A model generated the notes under the pieces. The model did not search any database and was not told the DNA's origin. It saw only the letters and a list, made by a program, of their open reading frames with translations. A DNA stretch of 64,000 nt from positions 125,922,001 to 125,986,000 of the forward strand of contig OX597817.1 of the NCBI GenBank assembly GCA_951406725.2, given 5' to 3'. Of the stretch, positions 42,691 through 55,950 are shown piece after piece (position 1 is the first letter of the stretch; the number at the start of each line of letters is the position of its first letter). Origin of the DNA: Octopus vulgaris. Lineage: Eukaryota. The position numbers and the translations under genes were made by a program.

Positions 42691-43337
42691 ATATCACAAA
42701 TATATCAGTAGTATAGAAAGATAAATACAATTGAATTTAATATGGAGGTTGACATGATCAAGAGTACGTTAAAACATTTATACAAAGTTGAGGAGCAGTT
42801 CAGGAAATGAAGTTACTAATGGCAAATCTATTGTTCCTTACACGAATCTTAATCTTACTCGATGGATGCATTAAACATAATGGTTATATATGTGCATTTC
42901 CTTCTCAAGCATTTATTCATTCAATGGTCAATAGCTATGGTTATAAATTTTACCATTGTAAACGACATGAATTCCATCAGTTATTATAAATTTAATATTT
43001 AAATAGGATTGTTATTATATACATGATTCATCAGTAATTTCATATTGGGTAGCAGCTAATTTGTTGCGTGAATTCTTATTGTAATTTGGTTGTTTACCCT
43101 TATATTGCAAGGCCAAACTTCATCAAAACCGTCAAGAGTTCTTATGAGAATTAAGAATAAAGGCAAAGAAGAGAGAAGAAGCGACAGGGAGAGAGATAGA
43201 GAGAGAGAGAGTGTGAAAGAGAAATAGAGAGAAATGTTTGAACAGTACAGGAAACATATCGTTCTAACTTTATCTTACAATGAACAACTCTATTTCTGTT
43301 AATACGCTAGTAATTTATTAATCGACATTGTCATTAT

Positions 43338-43636
43338 GTGGAGGTGCAATGGCCTAGTGGCTAGGGCAGCGGACTTGCGGTCGTAGGATCGCGGTTTCGA
43401 TTCCCAGACCGGGCGTTGTGAGTGTTTATTGAGAGAAAACACCTAAAAGCTCCACGAGGCTCCGGCAAGGGGTGGTGATCCCTGCTGTACTCTTTCACCA
43501 CTCATTCTCCCACTCTTTCTTCTGTTGGCCTGCTAGCTTAGCCAGCGGGGTGGCGTCATTCGAAGGCTAAAACAATGCGAACGCATTGTGACCAGCGATA
43601 TGTAACAACATCTGATGGTCTGGTCGGTCACGTGAT

Positions 43637-43643
<7 letters not shown>
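43338..43643 (+). mobile_element. SINE with family B head and an alternative tail, ending in (TA)n
   Basis: Head matches 19304-19470; tail ...GCATTGTGACCAGCG...GGTCGGTCACGTGATCACGTGA is unrelated to 19490-19686. Confidence 0.88.
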
Positions 43644-43683
<40 letters not shown>

Positions 43684-44992
43684 CAAATTGATCTATTTGA
43701 TATATTTAAGCTTTTAGTGACATTTTATAACCAGCGCCTTCCTTGAGTGCAAGTGAGGGTACTCGATCGCAAAGAATATATTGTTTAGACAAACAAGCTG
43801 TTTAGTTCTCTCCGTACAATAATAACTAACAACCGGTAGATATATTGTGGTATACTACAGTATTAGCTAAAACCTCTTGATATACTCTGCAGACTAATAT
43901 AATCGTGAAAAAATTTGGTTTTATGCAACAGTAACTTATTCGTGCAAAAGTGAGACAGTGCTTGAAATAATTGATTGCTGAAATTTCTCCTCTAAATTTC
44001 ACTGAAGTATTTGCATATATATGAACACTTTCTACTCTTAAATATTCTGTCTTACCAAATAATTAGTCATCATATCCGTAATTCTTTGATAAATAGGCCT
44101 GTTCGATATACATAATATATTTGCAATACAAAACCGACACCAGTGACAGACTAAGTCATAGTCTACTAGAGATTAAAAGTAAAATTATTGAAAATATCAC
44201 AAGTGGTTTTACATCCCAGTACCTGTTGTACAGTGGGCTGCATAATCTTAATTTGGCTCAGGTCGATATTAATGTAGTAACAATCACAGCCACGAACTCT
44301 ACCACCACATCTTACAATATCAACATCAATCAAGCAAGTAACGTTCGAATCAATCATATGGTTATGTATGTTTTACTAATCTCTAACTCAATATTAATGA
44401 AATATGCATAGTTAGTTACATACCTCATATAGGATGATTACAAGCTAACGAACTGAAATCTAAACACTGACAGTGTTTGTAATATGATGCAGAACAAATA
44501 TCATACTGATCATTGCTTGAAAAGCAAATTTCATTCCTCTTCCAGTTGTCTGGATTTTATTTGCGTCTCTTTGCCATGTGCATCGACGGTGGGCATGCAC
44601 ATAAAGATAACACAGGACAACAGTAATGCATTGAAGTAGGTGCATAAAACATATCTGTAAATGCTTTACAATTATGAATAAATTCAATTCATTTTTGTAC
44701 ATGGTTTAATGAGAGGAACCTCCTAAACCTGGTGTGTGTGTAGAAAAAAGAAATTTATTCTTAAACTTGAGGGGTTAATAATCCTTCTACCTTAGCATGA
44801 GACTACAGGAAGTTCATAAGACAATTAACGGTAACCATATGCCGAACAGTGCTTCTACACCGGAAAACACATTACCTTTACAACGTAAGAACAATCTCAT
44901 AACTCACAATTAGATTTCAAACAGTTACACTCTACCAATATCTACTTGACGGTTTTGTTGCTCCGGAGCTAAGACAAAAGTTTACTTATGGT

Positions 44993-47700
44993 AAAACTTA
45001 GATAAACTTAGATATGTTTCGACCAGAGATTGGTCCAGGCCATGTCTAACTTAATAGCACCACCTGATAGGATTATTCGAATCCTGTTTAAGTCAAGTTT
45101 TGTTCAAGTAGTGAGTTCTTGTTGGGTGAGTTGTATCCAATTATGGGTGGCTTATCTGGTATTCTTTGAAGGAATCTATCCAGACTCTGTTTAAAGTTGA
45201 TGGGATCCTTTTACTCTTTGATCTCCCTCGGGACAATGTTAAATAGGGCAGGGCCTGTTGAGGAAAAGAAATTATGTTGCAGTGTACATGTATGTTGTGA
45301 TCTTGAATTTGGCAGGGGACGTATAGCCCGTGGTCCAAGTCTTGGATGGACCTTGAAGCTAATGTTTAGGTCGTTTGGGCAAAGTTGGCGGTATATTTTC
45401 CACATCGTACAAATGATGTACCGCTCACGGCGACGCTGGAGGAGGTAAAGTTTCAAGGCTTCTAAGGCTATCCCAATAATCGAGACCAGCCATGCCTTCA
45501 ATTTGTTTAGTGAGAGCCCTCTGGGGTGACTCAATTCTGGAGATGTTTTGTCTTGTGTGAGGAGACCACAGTGGGCAGCAGTATTCAAGGTGTGGCCGTA
45601 CAAAGGAGGAAAAAAGTTGTATGATGACACCTTGTTCTCTGGACCGGAAAGTTCTTAAGATCCAGGAACTCATCCTACGAGCTATATCAACCTTCTTGTT
45701 GATGTGTGCACTCCAACTGAGATCGTCATCAACAATTACACCCAGGTCTCTGATATTGTTAGAGGCTGTGAGCGGTTCCCCTGAAGGAAGAGAGTATGGT
45801 TGTTTTAGTGAGGAATTTCTTCCAAAATGCATCAGATCAAATTTTCCCTCATTCAGTTGCATTTTGTTTCTGTCTGCCCATTGACTCACAGCATATGGAT
45901 CAGACTGGAGTTGAGTTCGGTCTGCTTCTTCATTGACGATTTGCTGGAGCTTAGTGTCATCAGCGAATATTTTCACTTTGCAGTGATGTACGACACTGGA
46001 AAGGTCGTTTACGTAAATTATGAAGAGTAGCGGACCCAAAACAGTTCTCTGGGGAACACCGCTGGTGACTTTTGCTGGGTTTGAGTGGACTTCCATCAAC
46101 TACAACATGTTGTGTTCTATTCGCCAGGAAATACTTAATCCAGTGTAGAACTTTTCCACGGATTCCAACATTTGCCAATTTCGAGAGTAGGATGTTATGG
46201 TCTACCCTGTCGAACGCTTTACTGAAGTCAAGATATATGACGTCAGAGTTCGAACCTGTTCCCAAGGCTTTGAGTACATCTTCAATGCCATGCTGATTTG
46301 AATTTTGGAGTTTGTGGGTCTCCAGGAAGTCAGCTATCCTTGATCTTAACACTCTTTCAAACACTTTAATGATGTGGGAGGTGAGTGAGATTGGGCGATA
46401 GTTGACTGCGAGGGATCTGTTTCCCTGTTTGAAAACCGGGATGACCGACTGGGATAGAAACTGTTTCGGTATATAACCTGCGTCTAACGAGTTTCTCCAG
46501 AGGTTGGTCAGAGGGACTGCAAGTTGATATCTACATTCCTTCAAGAGACTAGCGGGAAATCTATCAGGGCCTACAGCAGAGTAATGTTTGACCTCATTTA
46601 TTGCTGCTACGATGTCGGTGGCAGTGAAGGTTATGTCTGCAATTTTGTGTTGGGAGTCAACTTCGTTCGTTTCCCTCACGTCAGTATCAGTGGGAACACT
46701 GAAGACAGAGCAGTATTGTTTCTGCAGTATTTCTGCCATTTCTTTAGCATCATGTTGGGGAATGCCGTTATCATCAATCAATGGCCCAGTGGGTTAGACA
46801 GTGGTTCTATGCTTATTTGCATAAGAATAGAACACTTTTGGGTTCTGTTTGATGTTTTTGATTACCCATTGTTCCTCCACAGCTCTTTGATTTTTAATGG
46901 AGGTTTTCATGTTAGTCTGCAGATGAAGTTTTTCCAGCTCTAGTATTTTTATTGTTGTTGAATGTGGATGTTGTGTGTGGGAATATTTTAATTGGTTGAT
47001 TTTTTTGTTGAGTCTTTTGATGCGCCTGATGAGTGTTTTTTTCTTTTTAGGGAGCCGGTTTCTGTTTGTGTTAGTAGATTTCTTGGGAGCGTGTTTAGAG
47101 CATGTATAGGTGACAATGTTTTCAAAGTGCTGCCACGCGGTCTCAATATGAGGGGAATTGAGAGTAAAAGACCAGTCGATGGAAGACAGATCCTTTCTGA
47201 TTGTTCCCAGTCCGCTTTGTGGAAGTTTATGTTGTCAAATGGGTGCCATGGAGTGGGATTGGCTGGTTTGGTTTTTATATGTCGGGAATTAAGATTGCAG
47301 AGTACCATGTCGTGGTCTGAGAGGAGAGTTTTTTCGACTGAAATGCTGTGAATGTAGCTAGAGTGATTGGTCAATACCAGATCCAAGATCGTTTTATTCT
47401 GTCTCGTTGGTTCAAGCACTAGCTGAGTCAGGAAATACTCATCCATCAGATTAAAGAGCAGTTCTGCTGCTGCCCTATCTGATGTAGAGCACTTGCCTAA
47501 CTTCGGAGTATTTGTGGGCCAGTTCACATGAGGGAGGTTAAAATCACCCATCACTAGTATGTTTCCGGAGTGGTACTTCTGAAGGAAGGACTTGACTTTG
47601 CTAAGGCACTCTTCAAAGTACTTTAGAGGTGCCTGGGGAGGCCTGTAAAGACCAACAATGGTTATGTCCTTGGCTTTGTTGTATAGTGGTATCATAATTT
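44993..47700 (-). mobile_element. 5'-truncated CR1-clade LINE: APE endonuclease + reverse transcriptase pseudogene with 3' tail
   Basis: APE: GLYRPP, MGDFNLP, EPTRQNKTILDLVLT, SDHDMV. RT: NYRPISLTS, YLDFSKAFDRVDH, SGVPQRTVLGPLLF, FADDTKL, LEYCCPLWSP. Frameshifted; tail ends (TCTAAGTTTA)x2. Confidence 0.95.
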
Positions 47701-49454
47701 GAACTCTAACCTGAAAAGACGTTGCTATGCAGTGACCTCCTGAACCACACAGCCATGCTTCACTCATTAGATAACTCAAAAAATTGTATACATACATATG
47801 GGTACAATGCCACACATTTACAATACTGCACAAAAAATTGCAATCGATTTAAACGATCTGTCTTCAACTCTGGTACTTATTGTAACTGCAAGGGATGTAT
47901 ATAGGAAAGAAAAGGCTACCCGGCGGAATTTTTAAATTTGAGCATAATTAAGACGTAAATATATTGTGCAAGTAAATTTCGCCGTCGCTCGACATGTTCT
48001 ACCATCCAGTGATGTCTCTGAACGATGCATATGAAAGTTTGTATCGGCCATTGTATTTCTGAAATTGTTTTTTAATCTTTATACTTGTATTTTGTACTGA
48101 CAACACGATATCTGAATAGATTTGAAGCTTTTCGTTATTTGTTTTACAGCTTTCCGTTTCTCAAGTCAACTCTATGTTTCTGTTAAGCTCAAAGTAAATT
48201 TGATCCTAATTTGGTTATTTTCCAACATTAAACTAATGGAAGTAGTATGATATGTTTGACTATAAACCTTCTGTATTGTTTACAGAAATAAAATATTCAA
48301 ACAGCACACCTATTTACATTTAATAGAATTGTACGCGAACAATTCAGAAACCTTATGCAAGGAAGTTTTAAATGATTGTTATTCCTCAAAGTGAAAATTT
48401 GTAGAAACGTTATATCATATTAAGTCATAAATTTTCTTCATTAGCTTCTGTTGTTGTACTACGCTGACGACAACGATGATGATATAAATTTTGTATGATT
48501 ATGTTAATAATTGCAACGGAGATAATCATGCTTTTAGAAACACTTTCATTTGATGTTGATTAATGTCATGATTATGGTAATGGCAACCTCAGTTTACAAT
48601 ATTCATATCTACATTGCAAATAGAAATCCTAGCTAAATTTATTGTGCTTTGTGTTTAGACAATCCTCTATGGCAGTAGACAGTTGAATTCTATCGGCCTC
48701 ATTAGTTGCCTTGTTTTGTTTAGCCAATATGAATCAATTTCAATTCGTTTAAATTCATCTGTAAGGAGACAATAGCAAGAAATTCCCCAGAATCTTTATA
48801 AAATTTCATCCAAAATCAATGTATGTAATTGTCGAGTTCGTGGGTATGTCAAACTGAATACAGAAGAACATTCGCTTGGCAACAACAGCAACAACGACAA
48901 CAACAACAACATCAATAGAATCAGCTACAAAAACCGGAGCGGCAGAAGTAACAACAATAGCAATGAACTACGTAATAACTAACATCAGACGTGTTTGGGA
49001 GGAAAGAATTAATCCTGGTGGCTAAAGACTTTGAAAATGATTTGGAATACACACTGAATTTGTTTGAATGCACTGAATAACAATAAAACTGATGAAAAGC
49101 AATAAATACATTTCCTCAGAATGTGATCTGTTATCAGTTCTTGATGTAATTGAGACAAATCATTTGGTGCATGCATGAAAAAAAAAAATTATACAAAAAT
49201 GACTAAAGTAAGTCAATCACTTTTTTCTTGTGTGCCAAAAAATTGAAGCATCGTTATAAATTAGAATCATTATCAAAGACACGCCAAACTTCTGAAAGAA
49301 TACTCTTTAAAAAAAATTATTTCCGGAGATAACAGAGTATAACGAAACCGAAATGAAAGAATTTAAAATTAAAAAAAGAAAACTACATTCATCAACTTCC
49401 AGTTAGTTTGATGCTTCATAATGCCAATATTCTCATTTTTGTATGAATACAAAG

Positions 49455-49463
49455 GTGGTGTTG

Positions 49464-49547
<84 letters not shown>
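49455..49547. repeat. (GGT)n(AGT)n microsatellite
   Basis: Direct. Confidence 0.95.
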
Positions 49548-50104
49548 AGGCTGTCTGCTAAATTACTTAGAGGTTATTGTCCTGAAAAAATCGACTTTTA
49601 AGATCATGAGTTAAAATACACAAACATTTGCTGTATATCAACGAAATGTATGATCTTAAGTCTACTTTCCTCAATTCATTTAATTATTTTGGCATATGTG
49701 GCATATGTGGCATATTATTTATAAATAATCTCTGTAGCAGATTAGGGATCTATTCAGGGTCAGATTATCGGGGAAAATAAAGATTATTTACATTATTTAC
49801 AGGCGAAACAATGTGTTAACAACACACAAGATAAGAACAAATATCCATCAAATGCAAATAATGTACATAATTCCTCATCTCTTAAACATACAACTATATA
49901 AAGCTTATTGTATCTACTTTGATATATTTGACAATGCTGGTTTGTTTATACTGTAAACGTTGAAATGTTAAGTTTGTTCCTAATAATCAAATAAGAGGTT
50001 TCAGTTTGAACCAAGCAGCAGATGAATCCGTAGTAGCACTTGTGACGGTAGTATAATACTTGATATCGTAATATTAGTATTAGTAATAACAGTACTAACA
50101 ATAG

Positions 50105-50147
50105 AAGTAGTGGTAGTAGTGGTGGCAGCAGCAGCAGCAGCAGCAGA

Positions 50148-50229
<82 letters not shown>

Positions 50230-50240
50230 CTGTTGTTGTT

Positions 50241-50270
<30 letters not shown>
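50105..50270. repeat. (GCA)n(GTA)n compound microsatellite
   Basis: Direct. Confidence 0.95.
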
Positions 50271-50271
<1 letters not shown>

Positions 50272-52906
50272 GCATTTTTCAGTCGCGGACGGGCCCTGCC
50301 TGAACAAGCTTATAAAAAAAAACGATATAACCATGACAACCTTGTTCTTTACCGTGATTTCTCTTACATCTTTGCACATCATCCGAATCTCCATCCTGCT
50401 TTAAAATAGTGAAACGTAATTTGAAACGCATTTGATTAATCGTTTTAACCACCATGTTACCTCGTAGGGACACGTGGTTTGGTTCGCGTATTAGGCGTTG
50501 TTTTACACTGAAAGATTATTGTAAAAATAATCTCTTGCAAAGCAATCAATTTTCATTAATTGCGGAAATTTGCAATACTCGCAGTCATTTGTTGTTTGTG
50601 TATTTGTTACGAATTTACACCTAGTTGCAATGGAATTGTAAAATTGTGTTCATCGTAGATGTAATAGAATTGCAGAAAGAGAATATGAATGACTTATTCC
50701 TCTATATAACATATCATCACCCATGCCAAATATTAGAGACACAATTACAAAAGTAAATATATAAAAATAAATCTGAATTAAAAGTTAAAAGAAAATATTC
50801 TTCCGACGTAATATCGAACATGACGCAGATAATTACAGTATTAGATGCAATATTTCTGAGCTTATGAACGAAAGAAAATTCCAATTTGCATAATTGAGTA
50901 GAAAGTTCAAATAAAATTGTATTTCAGTTTCGAGCAGATGAAACAGCATCTTCTTTAGAAAGTGGTTGCTTCATAGCGATTGAAGACAACTAAAAAGAAT
51001 ATTTCTACTCCAGATGTTATTTGGTGGTGACTGAAATTACTGTAACTTATCATTTAATACAAAAGTCGAGGCCTCTTACATGTCACTCGGTCCCTAATAA
51101 TAACTTCCCTTCAAATGCGAAACATATACTTTATGTCAGAAGTCTCTATCGAGAAGGTACTTGTCACTAATCTATGTTGTTGCTGAGCACTTTGTCATCG
51201 TTTCTTTTAACCTTTAGTTTACTTAAGTCGAATGATGTCTACAACTAAAAGTTCTTCATTAAATCTATTTCTTCTGTTCTTATATTTTTCAGCTACATTT
51301 TCCCAGATTATAAATGCAATCTAAATAAAAGCTCCGTGGTGTTACTTAAGCATTTATTAAACAAATTCATCGGTTGTGTCTTCCTCGTAAGTTCAGAATA
51401 CAGGACTTGTTTATGCATTACATATTTACACATCATAGGAATTAAAGCTGATGATTGTCAACGATGGTTAGATGATTTCTGGATTTTGTACTCCTTACAA
51501 AATAAGACGTATCATTCTGTATCGGTCGCACATCTCGTTTGTAATAAATTCGCACGTTGATTTATCTGACGTTGATATACTTGTACAAATTTCACAGCCA
51601 CGTAGCAGTGTGGAGAGCACAACAATCTGTGACATGATAATTTGTTTGGATTTTCACTTTCAAAGTATGATTGAGCAAGTAATCTAATAAAGCAGGAGCG
51701 TCAAAACCTACTATTTCTATGTACAACGAAGTTGAAATTTTGGCACGTATACAGTGCAGTCACTCGTTCTAATGCAAATGTAGTGAAGCAATAAGTGGGA
51801 TCTTAATAATCCATATAAACGTATAAACAATTCCATGTATAGTAGAGAGTTGCATATTACCACCATCACCATCTTCCGATCGATGTTTTCCATGGGCGAT
51901 GGTTCTCATCCTTAGACTTGCTCCACATGATACAGTCATTCGTCATATTTTCAATATATACCATTCATTGGGGCACAAGGTTGATATATGTATAAAATGA
52001 ATACCGTCCTCATATACACAACTCTCATCTCTTTATATATAACACTGATCAAAATATTTGTAAAAATTTATATTTTTATTATAAACAAATACATCAAAAC
52101 AAATATGTGGTTCTTCCGAATTATCCACGGGTATGTAATATACTTAAGACTGCGATCTAGAAGTTATTCCATTTTGAGCCAAGTAAGCACTTCAGCATAT
52201 ACTCTACAGACTCATATTTTCTGCATATTAATGTTATATATATGGAACGGTTGATCTACCTCAATCTTATTTGATATGGAGTAGAACCCACAAGAAAGAG
52301 TTCACAGGGTCACTTGAATTTCTTTAATTATTAGTTAAACTGTAATTACCGTTCTTAAGATGTTAGGGTTCACTAATCCGATAATCAGATCCATTGGAGA
52401 TGAAATGGTATTTAACGGTATTAACGCTAACATTCTGGGAGAATTTAAAATGTCCTGGCTGCAACTCCAAAACTTAAGCCCAAACGTGCAAAAACTATTA
52501 TACTTTTGATATTATGTGTTCTACATAACTTGTCTGTAGCACGTACACAACGACTTCTATCACGTTGCACTCATCAAAAATGTCTCTCTCATACAAAGTT
52601 ACTTATATTGTGTTGTAGAATGAGAAACAACATTATAACTCTTCATTTCCAACTCTTCATTTTCAGTATTTGGAGCTCTTGAAATGTCTGTCTGAAGTTT
52701 TCTCCATAAATATCAAATGTCTGACGTGTAATTTAAGAATAAATTATATTGATCTCAACAATACGGGATGGCCGATAAGTATCATGGTAGATATTACTAC
52801 AATTCTTCAGTATAAAGAAAGCAAAAACAAAAACCCTACTAAAATGAAAACTAGCAAAGAAATGCTATTAGCTAAATTGTAGTGTTTAGTTCAATGATTT
52901 ATACAT

Positions 52907-52951
<45 letters not shown>

Positions 52952-53579
52952 TACAGCATAGTATGTGTCTTCGTGTATAAGAAAGATTTGCGCTATTTCT
53001 TTTTCATATATAATACGATATATTCTTCACTCACTTTGCTCTATATCATTTTATTGGTAGTCTCTGTAGTTATTTATGTATTCATGAAATTTTTCATAGT
53101 GTTTTTCCTATATTTTATTAATTGTGTATTCGATAAAAAAAATTACCTTTCATAGCGGCCTATGTTAGGTGACAAAACTCGGTTTAATATTCTTAACATT
53201 TGTATTATTGATTACAAACCTAACCGTTGCACTTCGCACTGCTAATAATATTAGTGTGCCATAAACAATAATAAATCAAACTTTACGGGTCCAATAATTT
53301 TTGTACTGAAAAAATTGCGCAGTACTGACAAAGGAATATAAACCAAGAATATATGTTAGTAGATTTAAACCCAATATAACATTTCTCATTATTTCAATTA
53401 TTTTCCTTTAGAAATAGTTTTTATATTTACTTTTCCATGCATGTGAGGTTGAGTAGATAAGCATATTGAACCATTTCTATGGTTGTAAGAAGTAAAGGGC
53501 GACGACCAATAAAAACACATCGAAATATACAAGTATAATAGATACTTATAGGTTCGTGCTCAATATATATTTGAGTTTC

Positions 53580-53995
53580 CTTTCTTTTCTATTTTAATAA
53601 TTTTGGTGGAATGTATGTTAAATAGTTTCGGAAATGCAGTCATGTAGACGTATTGGAAGAAAATATATACTGAGATGAATATATCCAGTGTAAATTGATT
53701 AAAAGTTCTTGAGTGAACGTGTTTAGTCAAAGCTGATATACAACATTTTTCATTTGACAATTACCATTAACCTCACAGGTGTTAGGGTTTCTACAATTAT
53801 AATTGTTACTAATATTAGGTGTTTAATTGTTATGTGCATGTGTGTTGATAGAGGAAGATGTTGTGTGAGTATATTAATCGTTGGTGGAAGATACTGAGCT
53901 ATTTGAATAATTGGGTTTAGTATAAGTATTAGAGGGGTTAATTCTTGTAGTAAAGATTTAGTTTTCTATTGTTAAGGAAAGATATAATCCTAAAT
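53580..53995 (-). mobile_element. Decayed Penelope-like GIY-YIG endonuclease fragment
   Basis: Minus strand: RIISFLNNRKL...NYNCRNPNTCEVNGNCQMKNVVYQ (cf. CNCR...CP.NG.C...VVYQ), then IYTG and IHSTK. Confidence 0.65.
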
Positions 53996-55025
53996 AAGCT
54001 ACTATCACAACACATGATCTCTCTAGGTTTCATTATATAGGCTGCTCGCACACCCCTCTCACATTATATTTGAATAATCATAAATCATATTTTAATGATC
54101 CTCGGAAAGAAAAGAGTACTAGTTTATCCAAAAGGTTATCGCAACTTTAAAGAGACAATATAAATTTCTCAATTTCTTGGAATATTGATTCTTTTGCCCC
54201 CTTGTAGGATTAGAAATAGATCGTGCTTTTTATGCCTTGAAGAGTCTTATATAATTATGAAAATGAACGGTTCTATCTTAAATTCGAGAGATGAAACGTT
54301 TCCTCTTCTAAAAATGTCCAAATTTCTTTTCATTAAACTTAAATAGTCTTACTGATTACTCCTGCACTTTTCTTATTAGCTCTTATTACACTCTTAGGTT
54401 ATGTGTATGTGTGTATTCTCTGTATGTGTATGTGTGAGTCTATGTACGTTCTTTGTGTATATATATGTGTGTGTTGTGTATCATTTTATGTATGTTTATG
54501 TGCATGACTGTATATCCTTATGTGATAAGTGTATACGTTTTTCTATCACTTATAATTTTAGATCATTTTTCTCCTTCGTATATTCGTGTTTTGTTCCAAG
54601 CACGAAGTAGACTAGATATTATTCAGTTTTTCCAGGGATTAGATAACACATGCACTGAAAAACTATCATTCGAATGGAGATAACAGGTAGCAACAACAAT
54701 ATAACCTCGGTAGTAAAGCGCAACAAATTTAGTGGCCATGTCCTTCTTGAGCAACAGATTTCATTTGGGTTACTTCTATAGCATTTCCTCACACGTTTTG
54801 GTGGACCAAAACTACAGTAGAATAAACTGGCTATAACTGGAACGTATCATAGTTCAGGGGTCGAAGCGATTACAAATGCAACTCTGACACCATTGCTTGA
54901 GCTGTTATATTGTCAGGTGTTCAGTATAATTTTCAATATGGATACGTCCTACAAAGAACATCATTTGAACTATAAGTGTATTTGTGTAAGTTTAAGTTTA
55001 TGTATGCATGTGTTACCGTGTAGGC

Positions 55026-55111
<86 letters not shown>

Positions 55112-55610
55112 ATGTATGTATGTATATATACATATATATACATGCATGCGTGTAGGTGTATATGAGGAGGATTATTTAGCAAAAGAAACATGGTATGCCA
55201 CTATCTGTATTAATGACTTTCCTAAGTGCGTATTGTTGTGAACGTATTTGTAATTAATTTCTTTATCTTTCAGGCATTTATATTCTCTTTATTTTCCGTT
55301 TTAGCCTTCACTGGTGCACGCATACATAGGCACGGAAATAAAAATATGTCTAGAGGCACTGGAGGTAAATCTAAAGTCTTTTAATTAAACTGATTCTCTT
55401 CCTTATATTGCCAAGTGTGATTTATTGTTATCCCAATTCATTAGTTACATGTTTGTAAAGAACGTTTTCTGCTGATGGAACTGTATTAGTTTCTTCTGTC
55501 TTTTTATATACAAACTGTATTGTTTATTCAAATACGGCAGAAATGTTTAGAAACAACTAAACAGCTCTGAAATAATCATGCTATATCCGAAGGACTCAAG
55601 GTATTTTCAA

Positions 55611-55847
55611 TACTCTTTTACTTGTTTCAGTCATTTGGCTGCGATCTTGATGGAGCACCACCTTCAGTCAAGCAAATCGACCCCAGAGCTTATTCTTTGT
55701 AAGCCTAGTACATATTGTATCGGACTCTTTTGCTGAACCGCTATGTTACGGGTACGTAAACACACCAGCATCTGTTGTCAGGTGATAGTGGGATGGGACA
55801 AACATAGACACACAAACATATACGCATACACATACACACACACATAC

Positions 55848-55915
<68 letters not shown>

Positions 55916-55950
55916 GGAGGGCTTCTTCCAGTTTCTGTCTACTAAATCCA
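55611..55950 (-). mobile_element. SINE family A, 5'-truncated
   Basis: Reverse complement tail ...AAATGACTGAAACAAGTAAAAGAGTA and body GGGGTCGATTTGC. Confidence 0.85.

Noticed and set aside
49782-49898. Short inverted repeat with GCGAAAA-like GCGAAAC remnant, possibly a further pLTR fragment
   Set aside because: No CUGANGA half present; too degraded to call
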